This document shows positions 25,399-36,200 of a DNA stretch of 64,000 nt, piece after piece. Below the pieces are notes generated by a model. It was given only the letters and a program-made list of their open reading frames with translations. It searched no databases and was not told where the DNA came from. Each line of letters starts with the position of its first letter. Position 1 is the stretch's first letter. Made by a program: the position numbers and the translations under genes. The stretch lies in NCBI RefSeq assembly GCF_021869535.1, contig NW_026262701.1, positions 113,708,001 to 113,772,000 of the forward strand. Reading direction: 5' to 3'. This DNA is from Mytilus californianus (lineage: Eukaryota).

Positions 25399-26080
25399 TA
25401 AAATTGAGAATGGAAATGGGAAATATGTCAAAGAGACAACAACCCGATCAAAGAGCAGATAACTGTCGAAGTCCACCAATGGGTCTTAAACACAGCGAGA
25501 AAATCCCGCACCCGGAGGTGGGCCTCAGCTGGCCCCTAAATAAAAATGTGTACTAGTACAGTGAAAATGGACGTCATACTAAACTCCAAAACATATAAAT
25601 CCATTAAAATTTTTAAAAAAATACAAGACTAACAAAGGTCAGAGGCTTCTGACTTGGGACAGGCGCAAAAATGCGGCGGGGTTAAACATGTTTTGTGAGA
25701 TCTCAACCCTCCCCTATACCTCTAACCAATGTAGAATAAAGAAACACACAGCAATACGCACAGTAAAACTCAGTTTAAAAGAAGTCTGAGTCCGATGTCA
25801 GAATAGGTAACAAAAGAAACTAAGCAAAATGACAATGGTACATAAATTAACAAAGGACTACTAGCAGTTACTGACATGCCAGCTCCAGACCTCATTTAAA
25901 CTGATTGAAAGATTATGTCTTCATCATATGCAAATCAACCACAATCCCTCCCGTGAGTGGTTTAGTATCATACCATCATAAAATATATGAGAAGAAGATA
26001 AGCCGTATCATGCCAACAACTGGTTTTAGAATAAATGTGTTCATTTACGATGCAAAGACCCTAAATTTATCATTAAGAAT
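25399..26080 (+). repeat. Dispersed repeat family (aaaattgagaatggaaatggg...), long copy
   Basis: The same family appears as a fragment at 7225-7300, at 35390-35445 (-) and at 56808-57231 (-). Confidence 0.8.
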
Positions 26081-26128
26081 ATATAGGGTAAAAACATTTA
26101 TATCATGTGCAAAGATTTTACATTACAA

Positions 26129-26134
26129 TTTATT
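26129..26134 (-). promoter_or_regulatory. Putative polyadenylation signal of the 477-aa GT31 gene
   Basis: AATAAA on the minus strand ~30 nt after the stop codon. Confidence 0.45.
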
Positions 26135-26163
26135 AAAGTCGGCATCTAAACAGATAGTTGACA

Positions 26164-27597
26164 CTACAGTACCATATCATATTTGATTTTGAACTTGTTC
26201 CAGTCTTCAACTAATTTCATTGGAGATCTGAATCCATGTGATGAAAATAAATGTTTCATTCTATCTGGTCGATATTGTGTACTAAATCTTGATTCATGAA
26301 TTGGAGAAATCTGTAACTCTTTACACACAATACCTAGGTATACGTCATCTATAAATATTGGCTTCATGAATTTGAACTGAGTCAATAGTTTATTAATAAT
26401 ATCAATGGTCAATACTAACGAACCACCACTGGCGTATGGTGGCCAAATATCATCCTTAAAATCATCTTTTGGAATAAACCATTTAGATTTAGCATTCCTT
26501 TGAGGTTTGGCATCTTTCCAGACATATCCCAAGAACACACTGCGCTTTCTGGCAATATACAAACTATGCAAATGATTCCAAATGTATTTGGTATTCACAA
26601 TGTAGTCGTCATCTACAAAGAAGATATAGTTTGCATCACTGCAATGGGAAGCAACCCATGTGAAACCCATTATCGTTTTTAATGTATTATTCTGATAGTC
26701 GTCCAGAAAATTCTGTTGAATAATGTCTTTATATGTGTCACTTTCCATTTGTATAAATGATTTCAGCAACGGTGAATATCCAAGGAGGAAAACCAGTTTT
26801 ATTCCTGGGTTTGAGGAAGCTCCCCAAGTATTTCGTATAGCTATTCGATGGGCGATATGGTTAACATCAGATTTTACCACAATTAGCAAGAAAGGATCAG
26901 ACTTAGCACCATTTGATTTACACACTTGAACTGGAACATGAAGGTATGGAAATGAATAATCGTAAATTTGAGTACTCTTTGTAGTATTGTTTCTCACTTG
27001 AACTTTTGTAGTTTTGTTTTTAACTAAAACTTTTGTAGTATTGTTTTTAACCAGAGCTTTTAAAGTAATGTTTTTAACTTGAACATTTGTAGTTTTGTTT
27101 TTAACAAAAAGTTTTGTAGTATTGTTTTTAACTAGAACATTTAAAGTATTGTTTTTAACTTGAACTTTTGTAGTTTTGTTTTTAACTAAAACTTTTGTAG
27201 TATTGTTTTTAACCAGAGCTTTTAAAGTATTGTTTTTAACTTGAACTTTTGTAGTTTTGTTTTTAACTTGAACTTTTGTAGTTTTGTTTTTAACTTGAAC
27301 TTTTGTAGTTTTGTTTTTAACTAAAAATTTTATGGTATTGTTTTTAACTAGAACTTTTAAAGTATTGTTTGTAACTAAAACTGAATTCGTATTTTTTTGT
27401 GACACCGTATGAGAAACAATTGAGTTAACAGTACTTTTATCAGTATGCACTCTTGCATAAGACTTCTTGTTAACTGATGTTACAAGTTTTGATTGTTGAC
27501 TAGAATTGGAAGAGATGTTTGCAAGAATGCAGATGAGTAAAAGTATAGGTACAGTCTTAAATAGCGCTATTGAAAGTATACGAAGTTTCTTCCACAT
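26164..27597 (-). CDS. GT31 beta-1,3-galactosyl/GlcNAc-transferase, brainiac/BRE-5-like, 477 aa, with repeat-expanded stem
   Basis: Type II TM anchor; motifs VVKS..HRIAIRNTWG, VFLLG, NNTLKTIMG, FVDDDY, KW, WPPYASGG and FIDDVYLGI. Intact single coding exon. Splice acceptor tttcag at 27664-27665 implies a 5' UTR intron. Confidence 0.93.
   Translation of the reverse strand: MWKKLRILSIALFKTVPILLLICILANISSNSSQQSKLVTSVNKKSYARVHTDKSTVNSIVSHTVSQKNTNSVLVTNNTLKVLVKNNTIKFLVKNKTTKVQVKNKTTKVQVKNKTTKVQVKNNTLKALVKNNTTKVLVKNKTTKVQVKNNTLNVLVKNNTTKLFVKNKTTNVQVKNITLKALVKNNTTKVLVKNKTTKVQVRNNTTKSTQIYDYSFPYLHVPVQVCKSNGAKSDPFLLIVVKSDVNHIAHRIAIRNTWGASSNPGIKLVFLLGYSPLLKSFIQMESDTYKDIIQQNFLDDYQNNTLKTIMGFTWVASHCSDANYIFFVDDDYIVNTKYIWNHLHSLYIARKRSVFLGYVWKDAKPQRNAKSKWFIPKDDFKDDIWPPYASGGSLVLTIDIINKLLTQFKFMKPIFIDDVYLGIVCKELQISPIHESRFSTQYRPDRMKHLFSSHGFRSPMKLVEDWNKFKIKYDMVL
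26971..27375 (-). repeat. Coding 27-bp tandem repeat x15 (V-K-N-[KNI]-T-[TL]-K-V-[QL])
   Basis: aa 75-209 of the 477-aa ORF. Every unit has N-x-T. Units show an 81-bp (3-unit) higher-order pattern. Confidence 0.93.
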
Positions 27598-30146
27598 GTT
27601 TTCCAGCGGGTATCAAAATTGGTACTGTTTACTATTCACGTATGAAATCCACAATTTTGGCATCTGAAACATATAAATGAACTATTTATCTGTGTTATGC
27701 TTTGCAGTTGGGTTGCTAACCATTACTGTCCATATAACGCAACTCTAAACAACTGTCAGACACATGGAAGGTTTGGTAAACTATAACACAAGCTTTTACC
27801 CACCATTTTCTTACGAAAATACCTATACCAAGTCAGGAATATGAAAGCTGTTTTCCCTCGTTCTGTTGGTTTGATTTTTCCACATTTTGAATTTACACTA
27901 ATATTAATTCTGTTCGTTTATGGATACTTTGAGGAACTGGAATTTGTATCGTACATCGGATATATTCATATCAATCGTTCTATATATCAATTGACTGACC
28001 CTACCATAGACAAAAAAAAATTGACTGGCCCTACCATACACAAAAATATCTTCATTATTAAATGATAAGATTGGTCCTCTTAAAGACACGTGCATTATTA
28101 TGATAACTAACATATTTTAAATTTCCTTGCACATTTATTTAGTAAAAAGCGTTGAAAATGATAAGTGATAGGAACAGCCCTTTGTTGGGCTGTTAAAACT
28201 TCGCTAAAACACGTAAATTTCTTCAAGAATAATATTTTTAAAGTTATGCCCGAATGCGATTGAAAACATAACATTGTGGTATTTCTTATGTTCTTGTAAA
28301 ATATTTGAAGACATGTTGAGATCCACTTACATTGTAAATTATTAACGTTTTGTCCTTTTCGCATGGTCATTAAATTAATGATTGTTCTTTACTTTCTTGT
28401 CCAGGGCGTCCATAGCTGACGGCAAGTTTTGGTAACAAGTCTTAATATGTAAAATGAAAGGGGATATAAAATAGTTAATAGCGTTTTTCTGACAATGAAG
28501 TTATCCCTGAAGTAAGCATGAAAGTGTCGTGACGAGTCACATATTGAGAGGAAGATTACTATTAATTTTTAGGTCATCACCTCACAGATCAAGGCCAAAA
28601 TTAATAAAAATAGACGAGGACTTGTGCAAAAAATGTAGTTTACAGATGCTTGCTCAATTTAGACAAATTCTACATATGGGGTTACAAACTTACTTGGATG
28701 TATATAGTTATTATAGGTAATGATATCAGGATTTGAAAGATAAATGTCATAAATACTAAGGCTAGACCGTAGTTTGTAATGAAAAATGATATCCGGATGC
28801 CAAATAAATACTACATAAAGGTTTGCAACCTTACTGAGATATATGATTCAATATAGTGGGAAGTAGATCCCTATTGATTTTGTGGTCACCATGTTTCAGG
28901 TCTGAGTCATCTCACTAAAAAATAGAATTTGTGTTAAAAGAGGTTTCCCGGTGTAAATGAAGTACTACATACGAAAAAGCAACTTTACTGGGATATATTA
29001 TCACATTTGATGAGATTACGATATGGAATTTGCGGTCGTTAAGAAGGTTCCTATTATTTTCAAGTCACTTGGTATAATAGCAAGGTCACACTTACTAAAG
29101 AAAGATTGACATAAGACAATATTAATTTTTAAAATCATCATGTATGTTGGACGAGGAGAACGTGAGCTTGCTTACTTTAGAATCGTTGATGTGTTAAGTT
29201 TTCAATATGAACTCCATTTCCATCGTTTCTTTTTTCTTGTCGCAACGTTTATCTTTGTCTCCCGATTACCATTGTTCTTGACTGTAGCTTCAGTATTTTG
29301 GTTCTTCTTAGAGACAACTGTATTGTATTTGAATAATCACCGGTAGTGAATATTAGTTATTTCGGGCCTTTTATAGCTGACTATGCGGTACGAGTGCTCA
29401 TTGTTGAAGGCCGGACGGTGGCCTACAGTTGTTAAATTCTACGTTATTTGGTCTTTGTTTGAAAGATGCATCATTGGCAATTATACCGCAGCTTCTTTTT
29501 TTATAAAGTAATAAACTTTAATAATCCATAAAACACAATAAATATATGTTTAGGTTTACAGACACGAATTTTAGCTATAGCAAATTGACTTGTAATATCA
29601 TCTTCTACATGTCCTTATATGAATTTTCAGACATTGGTAGTGTATATTCAATACTTAATTTATATTGAAACTTGTAGCATCCATATTGCTGCAAGAGGAC
29701 ATTAAAGTGTAGTTAAGGAAGAGCTTTTTAATTTACTATTATTTTGCTATAATTAGAACGATTTAAAGATTCATGTAAATTGATAAGCATCACTAATTAT
29801 ATTGGTCTACCACTAAAATTCAGTCAAATTTATAATTTCCTCTACCAGATCGGTTATGACAGTGATTCTCTCAGTTGTACCTTATAAAGACAGCGGATTT
29901 GCTATTTATCGCCCTTCCCTTCGCCTATGTCACCCTGCTCAACTCTTCATACAATTGCATATCACGGCTTTGTGACGTCAAATATTTTAACCCGGCCTTA
30001 ATCACTTTAACCCGGACTGATCAACGACGTCATAATAAACGAACCGAAGTTGCTTAGTTTGACCCGGACTTATCATGTCATCTTCCGGTTTGCTGGTGAA
30101 ACACTTGTTTCTATCATGCAAAATACACAAATACAATCCGATAAAT

Positions 30147-30309
30147 CGATTATCAGATCCTCATCATATTTATATTGTAAAATATCAGCTGCTCTACACA
30201 AAATGAATCCTTTTTGAACTCGTTCGCTGCGCTCACTTGACAAAAAGCTTCATATTGTGACTCGCAGCTGATATTTTAAAATATAAATATGTGGACAACC
30301 TGATAATCG
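30147..30309. repeat. Imperfect inverted-repeat (hairpin) element
   Basis: Arms cgattatcag...aaaatatcagctgc and gcagctgatatttt...ctgataatcg around a centre containing ctcgttcgctgcgctcac. Confidence 0.7.
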
Positions 30310-30718
30310 GTATATATACTCACTTTTTGGTCGATCATTTATCTTTGTCTTTCATATGTTCCAATTTTGTTTTCCTGCAGCTTGTGTTTTAATTACTTGT
30401 ATGTCTGACCTTTAACCTCCAGCTTACTTAAACGTGTCTCCTATCATTAACAGTTTTATACGTTAGAAGGAAGTTTACTCTTCAACGACCATTATCCTGT
30501 TACATTAAACACACTGTGTATTGCTATTTTAATTCTTTTTTTTTGGTCTAAATTCTTCCTTCCTTCCTTTATTTTTCTTTTCTTTTCCTTTTTCTTTAAT
30601 TTGTTATTGTTTACCTCTTTGCTTCTTTGCTTATTTATTTGTTGTTTTGTCCATTCCTATAGTTCATGTGAAGTTTTCATAGAACTACATCGAATTACTC
30701 TCGCCAGTCCTTTGTTAA

Positions 30719-31019
30719 GGAAGCAACCATTTAACTTCAAAAAGATAAGGGTATTGTTTTTTGTCTGATTCAGAAATTTTGTTTTCGTGCAAAGCCCGAA
30801 TATTTTTTTTCATACTTTTTCGACGCTATCAATGAATTTATTTTTCAAAATTTAAGACTAAGGTATGGGGAAATCTGTATTCGGAATATTTTTTTTGTCA
30901 TACGCTTGACCACAATATTTTTTCATCAAATTGGTGATCAGAATATTTTTTTTAGGAAAAAACCGTACCCCTACCCCCCTTCCCACCCCACCCCCATTTG
31001 AAGTTAAATGGTCGTTCCC
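30719..31019. mobile_element. 301-bp MITE with TTAA target duplication (Kolobok-like)
   Basis: TTAA|ggaagcaaccatttaacttcaa ... ttgaagttaaatggtcgttccc|TTAA. Confidence 0.85.
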
Positions 31020-31051
31020 TTAATTTGTTGGAGACTGGAATCCATGCGAGG

Positions 31052-31900
31052 CATATAAAACATTTGTCGCAGAATGCCAGACATAGTGATTACAATCGGC
31101 GTCAACTATTTGTATTAAGCTTTATATTTCAGAGGGTAGAAGGCCGTATATGCAAATGCTTCATGTTACGAAGTTTCGTCTATAACAGGTCCATTCCCCT
31201 TGGCCTAATTTACATGGTTCAGCGACTGCTTGAAATTTTTGTTCGCTATGTAACTTTCACTATAGTTATGAGTAATATGATAACTATATATGGTATATGG
31301 GGTCCTTGGAACGTTTTCATGTCCGTCAGACAGGGTTCAACTGACCTCGACCTGAATTCATGGATCAGTGATCAAGGTTAAAGTTACATGATAAGCTCCG
31401 TTTCTCAGATACTTTTTTGTGTATAAAATGATTGTAAGGTGTGATTGTCAGTCTGAAAGGTTTTATCTGATCTTGACTTCATTTTTACGGTTTATTAGAA
31501 TATGTTAAGTTTTTGTGTTTTTGGTCTGTTTTTTATACTATAAAAGATAAGTGAACTATATTTGCTGTATATAATGATTGTTAAGTGTACACGTCTGTCT
31601 GGTAGCTTTCATTTGTCCCTGACCTTATTTCCATTGTTCATTGGTAAATATTTAATTTCAGTAGTTAGATATTCTTTTAAGATACTTCAATATGTCAACT
31701 ATATTTGGTGTTGATTACAAGGTGTACATGTCTGTCTGGCCGAGTACATCTGACTTTGACCTCATCATTTTCATGGTTCATTTGTCAATGTAAAGTTTCC
31801 CTGGTTAAGTCTGCTTCTTAGATACTATAAGCAATACGGTTAACTGTATATGATGCTTGGGCTCAGGTGTACAAGTTTGTCTGGTAGTGTTCACCTGACC
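31052..31900 (+). mobile_element. Degenerate HINE, same family as 10531-11847
   Basis: Shares gcttcatgttacgaagtttc, ggttcagcgact and the ~130-bp tgaccttgacctcatt subrepeats. Confidence 0.7.
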
Positions 31901-32590
31901 TTGACCCACACCCGATGTTGCAATTACTGAAATAGAAGAAATGCCATTGATAACGACTGTGTGTGTTCTGACATGTAGAAATGCCTTAATCCAATTTAGT
32001 GCGTTATTGCGAATACCATAGAAGTGAAGCTTATGAAAGAGGCTATGATGTGAAACTATGTCGAAAGCTGTAGCAAAGTCTTTTATGATAAAGTCTGTTT
32101 GAGTGTTACTATTATTATTGTGTGACAACTTTTGAATAAAATCTATAATTTGTGTTTTACAAGACCTTGATTTTTTTTCTAAATCATGCCGAAGAACGTG
32201 TAATATATGATATTTTTCTAGGTGAGACATCCTACCACTTGTAATGATATATACCAAGAACTTACAAAATATACATTTTAGAGATATAGACCTGTAGTTT
32301 ACGGGTTTATATTATTCCCCTTTCTTGAAAGCTGGGGCATATACATGTTTCCGATCCGTCGGTATTTCTCCATTTTCAGGAGACATTTTAAATATTAAGA
32401 TTGATGAAACTTGTTCCTTTAGCTCTTTAAGGATTCAGCCATTGATGTTATCAGGACAACAAGCTTTATGTGGATTAAAGTTTGACAATTATTTGGTAAT
32501 ACCTGCTTCATTTACTGTTATGTTTGGCATTTGAGGGGTTTCTACGTTCGTCTGGGATCATATAATCTGTTTTATTAGTAAATACAGATT
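31900..32590 (-). mobile_element. Non-LTR retrotransposon (CR1/L2-like) reverse transcriptase fragment
   Basis: NYRSISL..HL..RSCKTQIIDF..QTDFIIKDFATAFDIVSH..KLHFYGIRNNALNWIKAFL..VVING.SS..TSGVGQG (ORF 31805-32257 plus upstream). Confidence 0.88.
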
Positions 32591-34465
32591 AAAACTTCAT
32601 GTTAAATATTTGATTTTTCCTCTGTGTTTGTAAAACGCCTGTCATCTTTTTTTCAAAGGTGTAACACCAGAGTTACATCAGCTTGTGTAGTATAAATGAA
32701 GAGATTTTTTGTTTTTTTTGTTTTTTTATGTTTCATTTAGACCAGATTCATATATTGGTATCACTTTTCTTATAATTCAAACAAGTAAAAATAACAAAAA
32801 TGCCGAACTCCGAGGAAAATTCAAAATGGCAAGTCCCTAATAAATTGGCAAAATCAAAAGCTCAAACACATCAACCAAATGGATAGCAACAGACATATTC
32901 CTGACATGGTACAGGCATTTTCTTATGTAAAAAATGAAGAGATTTTTTGTTTTTATTTTTTATGTTTCATATAGACCAGATTTATTTATTGGTACATCAC
33001 AGATCATTTTTTTCAAAATATTTCCAATATCCTATACGTTATTCTTTTGTTTCAATGTTTTATATTATTATAGATCTTTCTTCCTTTTTATATCAGCTTT
33101 GTTTTCTTGTTTATGAGCTTACGCTCTTCATCTGTTATCCAATGTGTATTTTTGTAGGTGATCATTTTGTGTGGTACATTTTTCTCCTTCTTCGAAACCA
33201 TGTCTTGGCAAAAACAAAGACCAAAAGACAAACTACAGTACACCAAACAAAACATAGAAAACTAAAGAGCAACACCCACCCCACCAAAAACAGGGGGTGA
33301 TCCCCCATTTTCCGGGAAGGGTAAGCAGATCCTGCTTCTTATGAGGCATTCGTCGTGTTGCTCATGTAAGTACAAACCTTGTGATAAGTTTAAATCGGTA
33401 GGTCACATTCGGGAAAAGGGAACGGGATTGAGTTTATTGGAGCATATCCGTCGTCATCTATGAAACAGATATTCCATAACGTTGAACTAACTCGTAATGG
33501 CGCCCGTAAAATTTATGAATTGACGATTTCAACTTCACCTCTTTGAACTCATAAGTTTAATAGCTTCTTTGTAAACAGCAGCCATCTACCTAGGAAATAT
33601 GATAGGATATGCAACCTCTGGATATAGTATAAACTGTGTGCTATATACTTCATATGCATGTGATGGTAGAATGTTGCCATATAGAAATGGAAAGTTCACA
33701 ATTTTTGTCGTAAAGTTTGGTTCTTAACCGTAAATCATTTTCAATTTCTAGTTAAATCACGGGACAGTCTAAACTGTTTCTGTTGTAACTTTTTCTTCAA
33801 GTTCTAACTATTCGGGAAGGTCTAATATTTGTTAACAAACACATAATCCGAAAACAATATATATTGCCAATCAAGAAATAAATCAAGCATCTTGATGAAG
33901 CCAGTTTTAGAGGTTTTTTTTATCATTGTTTTTTTTTTTACCAAAAATGATTTATATCTCCTTAAAACAAAATATTCGTATCTATGCTGGCCATTCTGTA
34001 AATATTTAATCGGTAAAAATAATGCAATATGTTTGAGTGAGTTGAATTCGAAGTATCACATGTTCATAAACGTCAGAGTCCAACGGCAAATCTTCATCAG
34101 CTTTCTTACAAAAACAGAGTGATTTAACTATTTCAGTACTGTTACGAAGGAATATGAAAAATGGGATGAATCCGTACTTTATAGATACAGAACCACATAC
34201 TCTCCTGGATGAAGAAGACTAAGAAAAATATTTACTTTCCAATGTTGCAACCAACAGTGTTAACAAGAGGGTTTGAGATAAAATTTAACCATCAGTAAAT
34301 ATACCGTAAAGTTAGGACCATCTAAAGACACCTAAATTGAAGTTCTAAATTACATTGTAGGACAATTCCTATGATATATCCTAAATTGCGACAAATTTGA
34401 TAAGCCGTCTTATGACAAGAACAAAGATAGTTTCAGGAATACTGAAGGGGCAATATATATATATA
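32320..34465. repeat. Second segmental duplication, copy B-prime (paralog of 19345-23985)
   Basis: Colinear match. Lacks the 2.7-kb transposon and carries a repeat insertion at 32765-32930. Confidence 0.9.
33200..33720 (-). mobile_element. Penelope-like element 3' fragment
   Basis: Paralog of 22700-23245. Confidence 0.78.
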
Positions 34466-34905
34466 AATATAAACAAGTCTAAATTGAAAACAACGTTCAA
34501 ACCTATGATTGCGTTGGATTAAAACCGCAATTTTTATACGTGTGCATCCAAAACAAAATTCTTGTTCGAGGGGTCTAAATACAGCACAAACAACATTTTC
34601 CAAATGACCAAAAATGTAAAAAAGCTAGCAGGTCGAACAACGGATGTTCTTTAATTCTACTGACTGCCATCGTCGATTGCCAAATAAACGGATCACCAGA
34701 TGTAACAAAATGGATCTAAACTATTAATTTAATACCAAACAGAAAACAATAAACTTGCGGAAAAGATGGTATACCACAAACAAAAGGTGCAAAAATTTGA
34801 ACACCATATCCGGATTTCGACAACTAATGTCTCTTTAGTGATGTTAGGAATCGAAACGGTATTTGGAAGGCCATATAATTTACCTAAATTTAGGGTAGAC
34901 TCTTA
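34465..34905 (-). mobile_element. Retrozyme-like unit of the 23990-24551 family, opposite orientation and permuted
   Basis: Reverse complement reads Y-R-X where 23990-24551 reads R-X-Y-R. R is at 34645-34668 (20/24 identical). Confidence 0.7.
34800..34847 (-). ncRNA. Hammerhead ribozyme, probably inactive (G5A)
   Basis: Reverse complement ctaacatca-CTAAAGA-gaca-ttagt-tgtc-GAAA-tccgga-ta-tggtgt. Core G5 is A at position 34836. Confidence 0.75.
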
Positions 34906-35020
34906 TATAGCTAATCTACAATCAATTCCATCTTCGTGTCTAATATATCATGTATTGTGTTACAACTCTAGATTCTACTGACGAGAAAAGGTAAAACTAG
35001 GCCACCGAAAGCTGGTCAGT

Positions 35021-35380
35021 CTAGGTGGCCAAGTGGTCTATACTGCTGGGTGTTGTCTCGATATCCAAAAAGCATGAGCTCGAATCCCGGCGAGGGAAGA
35101 ACAGAAATTTGCTTCTGCAAATTTGCAGATTGAACATTGTTGTGCTGTTATTTAGAGTAATTATATATATATATTTATATTTATATAATAAGTATGTGTG
35201 AACCAGTGACAACTCTACGACAGATTTTATCCATCGGATCACCAGTAATGGTGATACAAGGCTGAAAACGCATTCTGTATACATAATTCGTCTAAATAAC
35301 AGCCCAACAATGTTAGATCTGTAAATTTGCAGAAGAAAATTCTTTGTTCTTCCTTGACCGGTATTTGAACTCATGCTACT
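35021..35380. mobile_element. Two SINE-like copies in inverted (tail-to-tail) arrangement
   Basis: Plus copy 35021-35160 has an A-box tggccaagtgg and gctcgaatcc. Minus copy 35165-35380. They share gaagaac..tctgcaaattt.cagat..aacattgttg.gctgttatttag. Confidence 0.65.
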
Positions 35381-35576
35381 GTGCTACTCTTTGGTCGGGT
35401 TCTTGTCTCTTTGACATATTCCCCATTTCCATTCTCAATTTTACTGATATATCTCTTTAATGACGTACGTTTAGATATTTTGTTTGTGTAAATTTCAGAC
35501 GATGTTATTTGGCAATAAGTGGCATTCCCCTTATTTACCATAAAGACATCAAAGACGCCAAGCTGATAATTCAGTT

Positions 35577-35615
35577 CGCCAGATGCGCATTTCGTCTACA
35601 AGATGCATCGGGTCA
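35577..35615 (-). ncRNA. Degenerate hammerhead remnant of a second family
   Basis: Reverse complement ccgatgc-atct-tgt-agac-GAAA-tgcgca-tc-tggcg: GAAA, palindromic helix III and UC site are kept, but the CUGAUGA core is mutated. Confidence 0.5.
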
Positions 35616-36061
35616 TTATATTGAATGCTCAAATTGTACTGTGGGCTGTGTGTTATCGATATTTTTAAATTTAATTACGACTCTTTAGTATAATTATTAT
35701 AATGAATATTAAAAGAATTCTAGTAATATTAAGAACAGAAAAAAATAAGATATAAATAATAAAAAAAAAGATTAGCACTTAAAGTGATATTCTTTTCCTA
35801 TTATTTTTGTTTCAAATGAAAGAAGTGATTTTGTGTCATCGATTCAGAAAGTAAACAACAAAAATTATCAGCAATATCTGCCAATGATCGACAGCATATG
35901 ATGACCACTTATAGAACTAAATGCTCTGAAACACAATTTTTAGTAAATTTTGAGTTTTTGTTTTTTTATCTCTTATACTATTGTACCAGTAGGTAGTTAT
36001 AAACTGAAAACAATGGTTTGACTAATTTTCGAGTTTTTGCCTATCATTTCAATTATGTTGA

Positions 36062-36092
36062 CAGGTGAGCGTTTCAGGCTCTTAAGCCTCTG
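36062..36092 (+). mobile_element. HINE 3' terminus (solo)
   Basis: caggtgagcg subTIR, aggct-ctta-agcct stem-loop, then a T-rich flank. Confidence 0.55.
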
Positions 36093-36200
36093 ATAGTTTT
36101 TTTATCAGTTATGTGTGCAAATTTAGGGATGGAAATACGCTTACAAACGAATTTCAATTGTTAAAAATTGTAATCATCATGAACTTACTGGTTTATGATA

